DNA of 62,995 bases, counting the filler, from Intoshia linei (lineage: Eukaryota > Animalia > Orthonectida), in assembly GCA_001642005.1 (NCBI GenBank). It is 13 parts of 13 records of this genome, joined end to end, with 100 filler letters (N's around TTAATTAATTAA, not from the genome) between each part and the next. Parts side by side here need not be neighbours in the genome. Positions count along the whole stretch, not along the records: positions 40,090 to 47,659 come from LWCA01001540.1; positions 47,760 to 49,354 come from LWCA01002556.1; positions 49,455 to 60,355 come from LWCA01001220.1; 10 more parts are not named here. One strand, given 5' to 3'. The notes beneath the pieces were generated by a model that was given only the letters and a program-made list of their open reading frames with translations, ran no database searches and had not been told where the DNA came from. Positions within the stretch are counted from its first letter, which is position 1. Each line of letters begins with the position of its first letter. Made by a program: the position numbers and the translations under genes. Shown one piece after another: positions 39,990 through 54,139 of this stretch.

Positions 39990-42900
39990 NNNNNNNNNNN
40001 NNNNNNNNNNNNNNNNNNNNNNNNNNNNNNNNNTTAATTAATTAANNNNNNNNNNNNNNNNNNNNNNNNNNNNNNNNNNNNNNNNNNNNCGGAACACGGG
40101 TTGAGAACTACTGTAATAGTATATGGTTAGAAATCAATAAAAAATTATTAATTTTATGTTAGCAAAATAAATTTCAAATCCTAAACTCTCATTTTACGGT
40201 TAAAAAAGTCCAATTATTTTTTTTTGAAAATCAAACAAGTTGGAGAATTTAAAGAATATATATACTCGGATACGGATTTTAAAATCATAAATATTATCAT
40301 AAGTGTATTATAAAAATGAAATTTAACAATATTAATTTTTACCATAATAATTGAATACTGTTTTATAGACTGCGCAAGAGGATTTATTAATGAAACTGCA
40401 TGCAGAGCCTGTTTTAGAATAAAAAAGGGTTGTTTAGGTAATTTTGTTATTTAGTTTAGATTTAATGTTACATCAAAGTGAATCTATAATACAATGAATT
40501 CTAAAGATGTGTCGCGACCCGCGACACATTTGTATATCATAAATAAATTCTAGATACCCGCGAAATGTTTAAAGTATATTCTATTAAATTACACGAATTT
40601 GATACATTTTTTGATTTTTTATAATTTGATTAATATTTTTTTGGTAATTGATGTACCGCCAAATTATTTGATCGAAATTTGCGCCTTTAGGTGAATCTGA
40701 TTGGAAAGCATTTATCTAATATCTAAAATTTAAATCGGCAGTTCTTTCAAGGAACTGCCGTGTAATCATATTGTTATATTTATACATATAGTCAAACATA
40801 TATTGTATATATATAATTTTACTAAAACTTAATTTCTACAACAGTAGGTAAATGTCTTAACACATTAAATTTATAATAAACAAATATTTAAATTATTTTA
40901 TTAATTGTTATCGTTTATTATATTTTAATATATTTAATTTTTTTATAATATCAATTATTAAGGAGGTAAATTTGAATTTACATGTAAACCCACATTAATA
41001 AGTTTATAAAATCTATTACAAACATAGTGTGTAAGTACTAATATATTATAATCTATATACATGTATAATATGTATGGATTTAACACAGAGGTCGGTAACC
41101 TTTTGCGTCTCGTGGGCCACCTTTTTTATCAAAAAATTCTACGGGCCCCGTTTTTGAAAATTTACACATGATAAATTTCAACTGAAGAGAAACGGTTCTA
41201 GTATATTCAACAAAATAATATCTTTTGAAAATTGTAAATTTTTTTTGTAGATGGTAACAATTTACAATTATTAATTAAGTTACAAGATTTCTGTAAAGGA
41301 ACATATATTAACCAGTGACGATACTCAAATTCTAAATTAATCAATTGGTAAATCTAATAAATTGTTTTTCAATTGAGTGCCAAGTTGACAGTGTCAACTT
41401 AGTAGTGTTTTCACATACGACTAAAGGTTACTTTGTAATATCATGTTAGTGAAATATGACGTTAATTTTTTATTTTACGTTAATAATACTCGTTATTAAA
41501 ATGGTATCTATTTTAATATATAATTTATTTTTAATATTGTTAAAATTTGTACACATTTCAATAAATGCCATGTAATTTGTTTAAAACATTATCTAATAAA
41601 TAAATTAGTCCACTTTTTCTTAAACTAGGTTTTGCCGATAATTTTCAAATATACATCGAAAGTGTTTAGAATTATTCCGAATTTTATATTTTATGTTTTT
41701 TAAAATCAAACAAAAACTATTTAGTTAAACATTTTTTATTAGATTCCGCAAGGCTATTTTTTTGAAATAGGTTCCAATCAGAAACATTTTTCTAGTCAAT
41801 GTATTAGTCGATCACCACTCATTGAAAAATTTTAAAGTCGATCGCATCAAAATAAGGTTGACACCCCTAATTTAAAACATTAAAAATTTTAAACATTATA
41901 AATAATATTTAGTCGGTATTATCATTTATTTAAAATATTTTTTTCAAACCTATGTTATTGTCCGTTTGAAGAATCAGTCATTTTGCCTATTTCATGTAAA
42001 GTGAAGAATTTTTTTAAAGAAAAATAAACTTTTACCAACCCTTTAGAGAAAAATCCAATACTGAACAACGAAAAAACTAAAATGGAACGAGTTGGATGTT
42101 AGTGAATAACGATATATATTAAACTTTGAAATTAATTAAAAAATTTCAATTACTACTAAGGAAGAATAAATATATTATATTCAACAATTATCGTATTAAA
42201 CACTATTTTCGTATCCCAAGAAGGGCTATATTAATTTCAGTAATTTAATTACTTTAATAAATTTTAATACATGAGATTTTTCACCAGAAGGACTCTGAAA
42301 ATACAATTTACGATAAAGTCTAACCGGCGAAAAACTGTAATAGAGCTTGGTGTTTTTAAAAATATAATCTTCTTACTTTCTTAGATAAATGGTTGCAAAA
42401 CGGCAAATACTTAAGCGTAAATTAAAATTTTTGCTAACAGACTATATTTAGGATTTTGTAATATATAAAAAAATTTAAAAATTAACAATGTAATTAACAT
42501 TGCATATGATACATGTATGTGGTAAAAATAAATATGATACTATTTTTAGCATGTAAATTAATTTATAACTACATTTATATTTATGTTAGTACTATTTACG
42601 TTTGACGTTACCATTATCTTTGATAGTAATTATCAAGATGTGAAGTAATTCGTCGTAATAAAATATCAATTAGTAAAAAATTTTTCAAGATTCAAACTTA
42701 ATTTTTTTTCAATTACAAGACGAAAAACTATGTAGCCGGGTAATAACGGGCCGGTATTCATGAATAATTTAATATTTGGGAAATATGGCCCTATTAAAAA
42801 AGATTGAAAACCCAAGTTATAGGGGAAACTATAACTTAACAGAAACGAGACAAATGTAACTCAGTTAACAATATGAAAAAATTTGTACCTAATTTTGACA

Positions 42901-44889
42901 AAAAACTGTTAGAGGCTAGCAGATTGTTTTACTTTTTGACTAATAAACTCAATTACAACACTACAGTGCAAACTAAAATACAAAAACTCTCCATATTGAG
43001 AGACAAATTTGAAACACAATTTTTTCGCAATAAATCTTTCTCGTTTAGCAGCTGACTCATTTTTTTTTAATGTAAAAGTTTTTGTAACCAAATTGGTATT
43101 TAACCCAACATTTCATTATTAATTTCAATTATCATTTTAAATAAAATTTATTTTATGTAGTTGGTAATTTATTTCTTGTTCACTTGTATTTTATTTGTAT
43201 CACATATATATATTTTAAAATAATAGGTAGTATTGATATGTTAAAACTTATCGATTATTCAGTTATTAATACATGTTAATTTTTTTGTACCAACACTGAG
43301 ATTAGACTCATATAAAATTTACATTTCAAATAACTAAAAACTATTAATGTGGGCAATTATTTTTTATTTTTTGTAAATATCATGAAAAGTGGGTCAATTG
43401 TGCAAATGAGGATTGGAAATACTGGATTTTTAATTTTTGATATATTCCATTATTTAGTTAGTAAGTCATTAAAAAATATAAACGTAGTGAAAGATTAATA
43501 TTATTATATTGTATGTTGGTGTACGCTAATTAAAAAATGGTAAAGTACTTTTCAGTTTCGATATATTTTGTAGTTATTGGCAAGTATCTCAAATATTATA
43601 CCACAGTTGTGCAATTTAAAAGCTCTTTTTATTTATTTTATAGGGTTGACTATTATTTCAAATTTTATAAACTTAGCCGGTAATATTCATAATTATTTAC
43701 GTATTTTGTAATTATTTACATGTAATATTCCATATTTCGTATTAAAAGGAGGTAAATTATAATTCACAAGTTAAAGTAACAAAAAACTTATATTTACATG
43801 TTAATAATAATATTTAATAAAAAATATATAAGTTTATTTTATTATAACCTTCTATGACTTTCATTTGCACAACAAATGAGTAATTTGTGGTTTTGACCAT
43901 TTAAATTTATAAATAAAATGAAATAAATTGAAAACACGAAATTGTAAAATTTAGACAAAAATTTTTGGTGAAATCAAGTCCAGAGAGGTTTGATTTAAAT
44001 AACTACTGACATAGAGTATATTATACCTACATCCTTACTTATATAATATGCCACGCAATATTTGTTTGGGTATGTGTTCTACTTTATTTCAATAACTAAT
44101 AGTCTTACAATTTTATCATGTACACTTTTGAATTAGTTTTTTCCGGGTGATAATAAGATAAATTTCAACTTCCCAATTTCACATTTTACGGGTCAAAAAC
44201 CCCTGTTGTCCCTCTTTTTGAAAATCAAACAAGTTGGAGAATTTAAAAAAATATATACGCTGATACGGATTTTAAAATCATAGACATTACCATAAATTTA
44301 AATTTAAAAAAATTATATCTTCAAGGCCAAAACCCCAAATTACCTATCTTTATTTAATGAAAACAGCCCTAGAATTTCAAAAAAATTACAGGTTATATAG
44401 TTGTATCCTGTTAACACACACAGAAAATTTTAATCCGAATAAGTGACAGCTTCACGGTCAAAAAAACATTTTAGTATTGATATATTTTATTAAAACAAAA
44501 AATGTGAAATAATTAATTGTCCGAAAATTAAAAAAAGGATTATTCTGATAGAGCTTATTCCAGTTGATATAAAATACAAAATTTAACCCCAGAAATCTAC
44601 GCATTCCCGGTGAAAAATAATTTTTAATATATTATCAACCAATATTTTTCAAATAATTCGATTAAAATATATATTAATATTTCTAAAAAATAGTAGGTAA
44701 AATATTAAATCTAAATACATGCATTTTTAACCTAATTAGATTTTAAATTAAATATACAATGTATTACAATTTTTAGCATGTTAAATATAGTTTCAGTTAA
44801 TATTAATCTTTTAAAAAAAGTAAACGTATCTAATATTTAATATAAAATTTAGTGTGTAATTGTGAACATGCTTTAAAATTTTCCATATA

Positions 44890-46110
44890 CAGTGGAATCT
44901 TGATAATACATACAGCTAAATTACACAATTATTTATGCAATATTTTTTATTACTAAGACAATTTAAAAATGAAAAAGTAATAAAGTAAATATAGCGCATT
45001 CTTAAAATTCTTTAAACACGAGAACGAAACTTTTTCAAATTTAAAAAAACGAAATTAATTACACGATGAAACGAAAATCAATCAATATGTTTGAAAAAAT
45101 TGATATTATCAAGAGGTTAAAAGGGAAATCATACACAGTGGTAATGAATATAAATAAATAAATGATATAACTAACGCAGGTGGCAGCTGAACTTGATATG
45201 CTTAGACAGACAATTGTTACAATAGCTCGATAAAAAGAACAAATTCTGCAACGAAGTGACGATAGTAAAAAATCTTTGAAAATCAGAAAAACCTTAAAGA
45301 AAGGGACAAACGACCAGATGGATAAGGAAGTTTTTATGCATTTCCTTAAAAGAAGAGAATCCAAGCTTCCTGTATTTGGTTACATGTTGCAGGATTATGG
45401 ACGACAATACCTACAGAAAAATGATCATACGAGTAAATTGAAAACTTTAAAAAGAGATTTGCAATTTCAAGAAAATATAGATTAGGCTTTAAAAAACGTT
45501 GAATCATCGATTGTCTTGTCTAGTAAAATTGATATGGACTCAGAGTTGGATTTTTTAGAAAAATACAAAAAAATTACAAGACCAAGTTTAAATATTTGTA
45601 GATTAAATTTATTTTTAAAACTTTTTCATCATAGTCGTTTAATTAAATTATATCACCATCATTTAATATATAATAGTATACTACAGGGGTGTCAGACTCG
45701 ATTTGTTGGTCAGGCTAAATGTGACACTAAAAAATATCTTCACTCAAATCATTATTACAGTTTTAATTAATTAATAGAATATATAAATAAAGAAATAGGT
45801 TAAAAATTTTGTTATAATTGCATAATTGAACCCTGGTACACTACAGTATGATTATAGATTTTTAATTTTTTTAAATAATGAATAAATTTTGACTTTGATT
45901 TTGAATAAATTGAAACGCGGCAATATTCTGTTTCATACACATTATTTTAATAAATTGCGGTCCTTTTCGTATGTTCTGTATAAATTATGACCTTTTCGTA
46001 TTTTTCCATATCAATTCAATGTCAAGTTTTTATATTATCTTGAAATATAAAGTTAAATTTAGTATTTGCTATATGTATTAACAACTGTTTTCAGAATCAA
46101 ATTTCCACTG
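44890..46110 (+). mobile_element. pogo/Tigger-like element copy 2, with both termini and a nested hAT MITE
   Basis: TA|CAGTGGAATCTTGAT ... ATCAAATTTCCACTG|TA. ATG at 45066. Colinear with 13169-14281. No DDE domain present. Confidence 0.8.
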
Positions 46111-46903
46111 TAGTTTAATTTATATGTTATAATACAATTTTTTTTGAATAGTGAGTAAAAAATTTTTAACTACTACACAACAAATTTAAATCTTATATCC
46201 TATATATACAATTATATTAATATTTTAATTGAATTTTCATCATATCATTTATTATTATGAAAATTATCTTTTTCATTATCAATAGTCAGTAAATTATATA
46301 AACTTAAATTTTAAATACAATGTAGCTACAATTATTTACTTCATATTCTTGTATGTTTTTATTAACATTAATATTTTATTTTTTTTAATTTTTATACACA
46401 TTTATTATAATATGCATAATAATATGCAAATATAATTATCTTGGAATATTTTACATTGTAAATATACCAATAATAATTTAAACGTTTTTTTAATTAGAAG
46501 GTTTATTAAAATACATAATATTAAATAAAAAAAATCTACTGAAAATGTAGACAAAGAAATAAATTCAGTATCCGTCATATATTAAATTTACATTTCTTTA
46601 ATTATATATAATTAATTCAATTAATAATCAATTAATAGTGATAGGTAATAAATATTTATTTGTGATTTGAATGAAGAACATGAGGAGTGATTATAGAAGT
46701 ATATTGTGAAAAAATAAACAAATTTTTGATGCAAATGTATTTCAATCAAATTTAGCGATTAATTAATTTTTTTATTAGAATGTAAATAATTATAAATATT
46801 TAATTTATTTGTTCTTTTGTCATAATTCATGAATTATGATTCATGTCATTAAATTACTATTATCATGTTAAATTATTGATATTATTAATATACATTGTAT
46901 ATT

Positions 46904-47278
46904 CAGGGGTGTCAGACTCAATTTGCTCAGCGGGCCAAATGTGAAAAAAAATTATTTCGCGGGCTGCACAAAAAATCTTTACTCAAAAAATTATGTTAAA
47001 ACTAACAGATTTAATTAATTTATAATAATTTTAATTCATAAAATGAAATATGAAACAATAAAAATGGAATAAGTGTAAAAATAATGTTAAAATTGTAATA
47101 ATGAATAAATAATTTATGAAAAATATATGAAAAGACTATTATATAGTAAAATAAGAAATATGTATAAAAAATTTTTATAAAAAAATAAAAATTTATATTA
47201 TAACGCGGCCCGCACATTCCATAATTATAGGGGGGGGGGGGCACAAATGGCCCGAGGGCCGCATAATTGACACCCCTG
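46904..47278. mobile_element. hAT (Charlie-like) MITE
   Basis: TIRs CAGGGGTGTCA / TGACACCCCTG. Internal GCGGGCC and GGGCCGCA motifs typical of Charlie-type MITEs. Confidence 0.8.
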
Positions 47279-47759
47279 ATATAATATATATTGTATATTA
47301 TACAATAATGTGTATATTATATAAATATTACGATACTATTTTATAAATGGATTGTAGGAATCAGTATATTAAAATTTAATTATAGTTGGTATACATTAAA
47401 AACATAAAAACAACGATTTATCACAGTAACACAACACATAAGAAACCATAAAGAGTTCAGTAAGGGTCGCAAAAATGACTCCAAAATTAAGAAAAATATC
47501 TTAAAATTTTGAATAATTGAGACGTCTTTATGGTCAAGAAAATAGTACCCTTTTATTTTCAAAATTTGTAAATGCGATTGGAATAGGAGATTAATTAATT
47601 TGTCAGTATTTTCAACATAAAATTGTCAGTATACACATTAAAATATCAGTAATAAAAAGNNNNNNNNNNNNNNNNNNNNNNNNNNNNNNNNNNNNNNNNN
47701 NNNTTAATTAATTAANNNNNNNNNNNNNNNNNNNNNNNNNNNNNNNNNNNNNNNNNNNN

Positions 47760-48096
47760 TTCAAAGACTACTCCAAGGATTTCAGATCTGGTGAAACGGA
47801 AACAAGCACAACCTTCACACTGACGCTTTTTGGAATTATATTTTTTGTAATTAAAATAACAATTTATTGTGTTCGTAAAACTATTGTGATTTAATTATTG
47901 AAAATTTGTAAATGAAAAGCATTATGCTCACAAAGTTTCAGATATTTAGAAGTTAAATTTAATATCTAGCCCAGTACTGGTTAGCTCCAAAAAATGTAGT
48001 GAAAAAGGATCAACTAGACTAATTATATCATTGGGGTCACGCAACTTGACAATTGTTGTCAAGGGGTCACTGCACGAAAAAGGTTGGGAACCGCTG
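47760..48096 (+). mobile_element. hAT Buster/Charlie element 3' end
   Basis: PRISDLVKRKQAQPSH* (Buster transposase C-terminus, stop at 47823) followed by terminus AAAGGTTGGGAACCGCTG. Confidence 0.75.
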
Positions 48097-49234
48097 CCTT
48101 AAACACTAGAGTATTCAGATCTGAGTAATTTTGATTTGGATGAAATTATATGAGTACAGTGTAATGAAATCAGCATGAGTCTCATACTAATACATGTACT
48201 GAGTAAATTGAAATGATTTAAAATTAAAATTGTCGTAACTTAAAGTACTTTTTACATCTTAAATTATTATTTAAATCGATTTGAAGTGTTAACAAATTTT
48301 TTTACATATGGTGCGCCGTTAAATTTTTTATTAATTTTGAGTGCGCCGCAACACTGAAAATTTGGGAACTACTGATTTAATCTAATAATTAAAATATTAA
48401 ACTAAAAAATTGACTCACTCGAAAATAGTAAAACAAAACAAAAATAATATGAATACAGTATAACCAATATTTGCAGGTTTCTTCGGAACCTTTGGAACAG
48501 TGATCAAAAATTGAATTATTTAAAGTTACCAGATTAAATAAGTACACTGTGTACTATAAATTTTAGTTTATTTGGTGTTAAATTTAAAGCCAAAACTACT
48601 TATCTCTCATCTATGTAATAAAAATTTTTGGCTTAAAATTTGTTCAAAATAAACTAAAATTGATTATTATTGTACTTATCTTATCTTGTATAACACAAGT
48701 TGTATTATTATATTATATATTGTAAATGTGGTCACTTTAAATAATTAGATAGATAAATTAAAGTTAATTATAAGTCTTGAAACATATAAACCTTGGTTAT
48801 ACCGTATAAAACAAAAAATCAAACGTGCTTCCAGCATACTATTTTGGGGAAAATGTAAGATTTGAAATACAGTCGAATATAATTATACTTACAGCAAAAT
48901 TATTTTTATTGTGCAACAAAATTTGTACATGCAAATAAATAATGTAAATTGTTGCTAATAACCAAATTTATTTTCGATATCACGAATAGGTCGTTTTTAG
49001 CAGCAACGATTATAATTTTTGAAAAGAGTAAAACAAAGTCATACAGTTGTAAATTAACATCAAGTAATGTCGTTTTTATTGATGAAATTGATTGGAATCA
49101 CTATATCACCGATAAGGTTTCATATACATTTATTTATTTGTTTGTGCCAGTTTATTTAAGAAAGTAAGGGGAGTCGAGTTTTTACAATTGATTGCTTTGA
49201 CATAATTGATACATACAATGTATAATATACTGTA

Positions 49235-49354
49235 CTAGGTTGACTGTTATGTACTAAGTACAAACAGCACCTAGCTCTGCCGAGGGCCCATTTTATATTC
49301 TATTAAAAAAATAAATTCACGTTGAAAATCTAACTTAAAAATCCTACTATTCAC
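49235..49354 (-). mobile_element. Helitron-like repeat 3' end (reverse orientation)
   Basis: A|CTAGGTTGACTGTTATGTACTAAGTACAAACAG is the reverse complement of the 657-690 terminus. Confidence 0.65.
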
Positions 49355-50429
49355 NNNNNNNNNNNNNNNNNNNNNNNNNNNNNNNNNNNNNNNNNNNNTT
49401 AATTAATTAANNNNNNNNNNNNNNNNNNNNNNNNNNNNNNNNNNNNNNNNNNNNATGTTCCCTTGTGTATAGGGTATACATTTTTACAACGTAAACAAAA
49501 AATTTTTTAATTCCGTATTTCCAGGTCATTTTGATTCAGCCACATAGAAAAATTTAACTTTTGGCTCATATTCAATATTTAAATTTAAAAGAGATTAAAT
49601 TTTGTATAAAAATGTCAAATATAGTTTAGATATATTTTGAATGATAATGCAAATTGTTAGATTTTATTCTGGTCGCTTTAGTTAAGCACATTTTACACAA
49701 AATAAACTTTTTAAATTTCTGTGAAATGATGTGTTTTTTTATCATTTCACATTACACATATTTATAAAAATGTGTAACATTACACTTTCTGGCACCTCTG
49801 TTTGGGCATACTAAATAAACAAATAAATCAATATGAACTTCTATAAAAATAATAATTTTTATTAATTTATATGAATTTTAAGCATCTCTAAAACAATAAG
49901 TAAATGACCTAGAATTGAATTTAAAAATACAAGATGGATAACAAAACATGGGGATGAAAACCATACCACACAAACCAATACTACGTTATTTTATGATAAC
50001 ATTCCACAAAATAAAGTTATGCTTTAATTTTTGTAAAACATTTTTGTATGGGATCTTTAAAAAGGCAAGCGTCTCCGCAAATTTTTGTCTAAATTAATTA
50101 TTTTTTTTACATTGTTATTTTTGACTAATTACTCAACTTTTGCCGATACAGGACTTAATTTATAAAATTTGGTCACACCCCTACTGTATACTGTATTTAG
50201 TTATTTTTATCAGTACTGTTTACAAATTAAATTTATTGTGATTACTCAATAGTAAACAGTTCAACTATTATAAAACTACTAGGCAAATGACAAGATGTGA
50301 GATTACCTAATAAATATAATGGTCAGTACTTTTATCAATTATTTAATTTTTATTATCAATTCATTAGAACCGTCGAATTGATTTCTACGAATTAGATCAA
50401 TATAATTAATATTTTATGAAATGATTTAA

Positions 50430-51206
50430 TGTTTTGAACTTATTTGGTCGTTGTTTAGATTCGGAAAGGTTGGAAATTTTTCAACATTTAAATTGGGGCG
50501 AAGAAAATCTTAATTAGTTACCCTGAAAAAGTCCTAATTTAATTTATTTAAAAAACCTTACATAAAAAGTCAACAATACGATGATACTGTGATAAAAAAG
50601 AATATTGTAATTTGAAAGCAAAAGATGACATCTGACTAAATAAATCGAGTTTTTCTAAACCTTTGAATATCCTGAGACAAATTGCTTAATAATGGCGATG
50701 CTTGTATGTTTTAGAATCATAGTGGATACAAAGATTACCTTTGTAATTAATAATTAGTTTATTTCATTCTGACATACCTATAAACTACATGTTGGTTTTT
50801 GAATGAACGACCTAGGAAATGTCCTGTATCCCATTATTTTCATTACTTCATTAACAATAGAAACAGTACTATTAATGTAATATCCAAGGCTTTCAGATAT
50901 TTTTACAACATCCGACTGAGTCATATTGTGAGGATAAAGCAAATTTGAATCATTTTCCATTGAATCTGATATGAAGTTTGATTCTTCAGCACTAATATAT
51001 TCATTAATATCTTCAATTTGATAAGATGGATCATAGTAAACTTCAGGTAGATTATAAATATTTTTTTCATTTAAGTTACGACAATCTACATACCTCGTAC
51101 TGCAATTTGATTCCGTTTTCATATTGTAAAATTGTTGGTCCAAAATTAATTCAAAAAATTTTAGGTTCACAATTAATAAATTTAGACGATTTTCCGCACA
51201 TTTCAA
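50430..51206 (-). pseudogene. Unidentified spliced gene or pseudogene
   Basis: 142-aa ORF followed by two short GT-AG intron-like segments and further exon-like sequence, but stops interrupt the joined frame. Confidence 0.3.
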
Positions 51207-52559
51207 CTATATAGATTTTATTCTGCTATTTTTTTTAGTGTTGTACAGTGTAATCAAGTATATATCTCCAAATGGTAATTCAAATGTTACTATTCAAATT
51301 GTGTCATCATATGTATCAACTCCCTTTTGTTGAATTGTAAAAATATATTATATTAGATTTTTTATTTTGAGCAATTAGAATGCCAATGCAATACTTTTAT
51401 GATAAGGTTGCAATAGTAGAATATTTCTCTTTTTTAAAATAACATATCGTTTGGTAGTTCTTTCTTGTTTTTTCGAATTGTTCTAAAACCATTGTCATAT
51501 TTTTTTCACATTAAATTAACGCTAACGGAATTGAAGTAAACCAGTTATACAGTTAAATATTATATTTAGATAGAAAATCAGTTGAAGTTTCTAGAACTGA
51601 AAATGTTGATATTTTAATGAAATTGAAAAAAAATATTAATTTATCCGATTTGTTGGTCAGAGATGATCCGGGTAAATAATTATTTGTGTTATTAATATTT
51701 TAGTTTGACTATCACCATGGGTGAATTTCACTGTTTATAGAATACATTATTAAGCTCACATTACCATTTGTATGTACATTAGGGTGGTTCAAAAACAAGA
51801 AAATTTTTGAAATTAACATAAATTTTATTTTGATTATTAAGGAATGGGCGCACATCAGTGCAATTATTCCAATTTTTTGATAGAGAATTTTTGCACCCCT
51901 TTATCATAATTTTTCTTTACTCGCAATTGATGGGCTTTTTTTATATATTTTAATAATATTGTGTAAATTACTCAAATCGTAATATGATGCGATAGAAGTA
52001 TGACCAATAATTAATTCTGCTTGAGTACATCCATTTTATGATGAAATAGTATTGCGTATACCCATTAAAACATAATCTATCATATTACCCAATTATCATA
52101 TGTATCATTGCACAGTAATCGGAGTTATATTACACATATAACCCTATTAAATCTATCTACTAATCCATTTTCATTGTTGCAATAAGGCTTTGAATGTAAT
52201 TTATTTATATTAAAAGTTGATGTATGTATTAGGTAAAGAAAAATACTTTTTTAATAGATTTAACATATAAATTACAGTGCTAAGGACGGAACCAAATATA
52301 CATATCTTGTAGCACTATAGCTTAAGTTACGTTTATATCCTTTATCTCTTTACAAAGTAATTTTAACTGTAATTATGGAAGTGAAAATATAATTTGTATA
52401 AAATTTTTTTCAAATTAATAGGCAATATTTCACAAGCGTGTTTAATAGCATTGTTGAGAATATTGAAGCCAGTTGCCATCAGATCAATTATGAAATACTC
52501 GTTGATTTTATGCCTCTTTTGCATTCAAAATTTATATTGGTGTTATTCGCAGAAATTGA

Positions 52560-53030
52560 TAACAGTTTTTCCTTTAATTGATAGGATTCAATAACACGTA
52601 TCAATATCATTGTTTGAATATGGATGTAACACCCAACCAGGGATATGCATGGAGAGAATTTGAACGATATTAATTTTAATACAAATGAAGACACGACAAT
52701 TTTTGTTTTAATTAGATTTAATTTATCACATTACAATTGAAGATTTATTTGGTTGAGTTTTGCATATAAATCGGACATGTACGCAACATCAACTTTTCTG
52801 TCAAAATTGGTTGTTTAGTCTCAAAGAATTCAAATGTTTCATAGAGATTATAAAAACGAGTTAAAAGAGACCTTTCGACAACCAGCAAACTTTAGTATGC
52901 AAAAGCAATTGATTAAAGTCTTCATTATTTTCATGACATAATTTTGAAAACAGCCTTTGATTTAATACACTTTTCTTTATTATATTAATAGATTTTATGA
53001 CACTATTTAGAGATGCATGCAAACGGTTAT
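52560..53030 (-). pseudogene. hAT Buster (ZBED5/SCAND3-like) transposase fragment
   Basis: LNQRLF...NEDFNQLLLHTKVCWLSKG, compared with the consensus LLLHTEVRWLSKG. Also VVSSFVLKL. Confidence 0.75.
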
Positions 53031-53038
53031 TAAGATAT

Positions 53039-53480
53039 TTAACTACTAAATGTTGTCGGTGAATTACACAATGAATCGTTTCCGCTCCATTTAAATAACC
53101 CTTCTTTCCATAACAGTATTATAACATTATACTGTCGGGAATTAATTTTTATACCATATTTGATTCTTATAGGGCCAATTAATGAACCATTACAGATACC
53201 TGCCCAGATCATAATGCCACCACCACCAATTTGTCTCATCTGCACAGGCGTTTGCATTGAGTGACATACCCAACCTCGAGACCAACCTCATTTCATCGTA
53301 AAATATTACAGTCGAAAAATCAGTTTTCATATATGACAGAGTCCGCTTTGAACGTTTTTTTATATGAATTTTTTTAAATGAGGACTTCTAAGAGCCTTTC
53401 TTTATTGATATTTCTGTTGTCCCGACATATTAAGTTACAAAGGTGAAGTTTTTTAGTACGATTTCTGATTTTATTTGGAT
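53039..53480 (-). pseudogene. Tc1-like transposase fragment
   Basis: MKTDFSTVIFYDE and RQIGGGGIMIWAGI...LIGPIRI..GIKINSRQY. Confidence 0.8.
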
Positions 53481-53519
53481 TTTTGATAAACCTTATTGTG
53501 TTGCTATTTCTATTTTGAT

Positions 53520-53655
53520 GCTTTAGCCAAGGGCATTTTTTTAAATTGGTACAATTTTTTCCCGAAATGGGTGGCAAACGCTGTTTTTGTTTATCCTCTG
53601 GAGCCATTGGTATCAGGGAAAAACCGCTTGATAAATCCAGTATTGAGATTACGTG
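53520..53655 (-). mobile_element. Ty3/Gypsy RT fragment
   Basis: ISILDLSSGFSLIPMAPEDKQK/TAFATHFGKKLYQFKKMP, with one frameshift. Confidence 0.75.
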
Positions 53656-53684
53656 TTTATTACTTAAAATTTATAAACATGACC

Positions 53685-53993
53685 TTAGACTTGGTGGTGG
53701 ATAAGCATTACGACTCTACTAACATTCGATATTATGTACGCTTCAATTGTATTCGAACTCATAGGCGTAGTGTGATCTGCAGCACTTATCGCTGACCGCA
53801 GTCCAGCGAATTTTTCTGGATCTACAACATACGCTATTTTATTTATCGATTGTGTTTGAACGTCGCGATGTGGATATAGTATTAATGTACCGTTATTTTG
53901 CAACATTGTCCTTACAGATTTAAACTTGCCATCGTATAGCTGTCTGGCTGGTAGCTGGCTTAAATTATAATGATAATGAGATCTTGTTACCAA
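53685..53993 (-). other. Putative endogenous viral element: nodavirus protein A region between the capping and RdRp domains
   Basis: Stop-free, intronless, GC-richer 102-codon stretch LPARQLYDGKFKSVR...NGTLIL...VDPEKFAGLR...SSNTIEAYI. It resembles, by eye, the inter-domain region of nodavirus-like replicases. Confidence 0.4.
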
Positions 53994-54139
53994 TAAATTA
54001 TGAATTCATTATTGTACTATCATCTCATTAGAATTGATAATACGTATTTTTTCTGGCCACTTTATATTAGAACTAACCATATGTAATATTTGTCGCATGC
54101 CAAAACTACACTGAACCAGAAGTTATTTTAGAATGAATA

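Noticed and set aside
50540-50900. Weak similarity to the OGFr-like domain (H..Y..I.RI.K.L)
   Set aside because: Too few conserved positions, and the frame is interrupted by stops.
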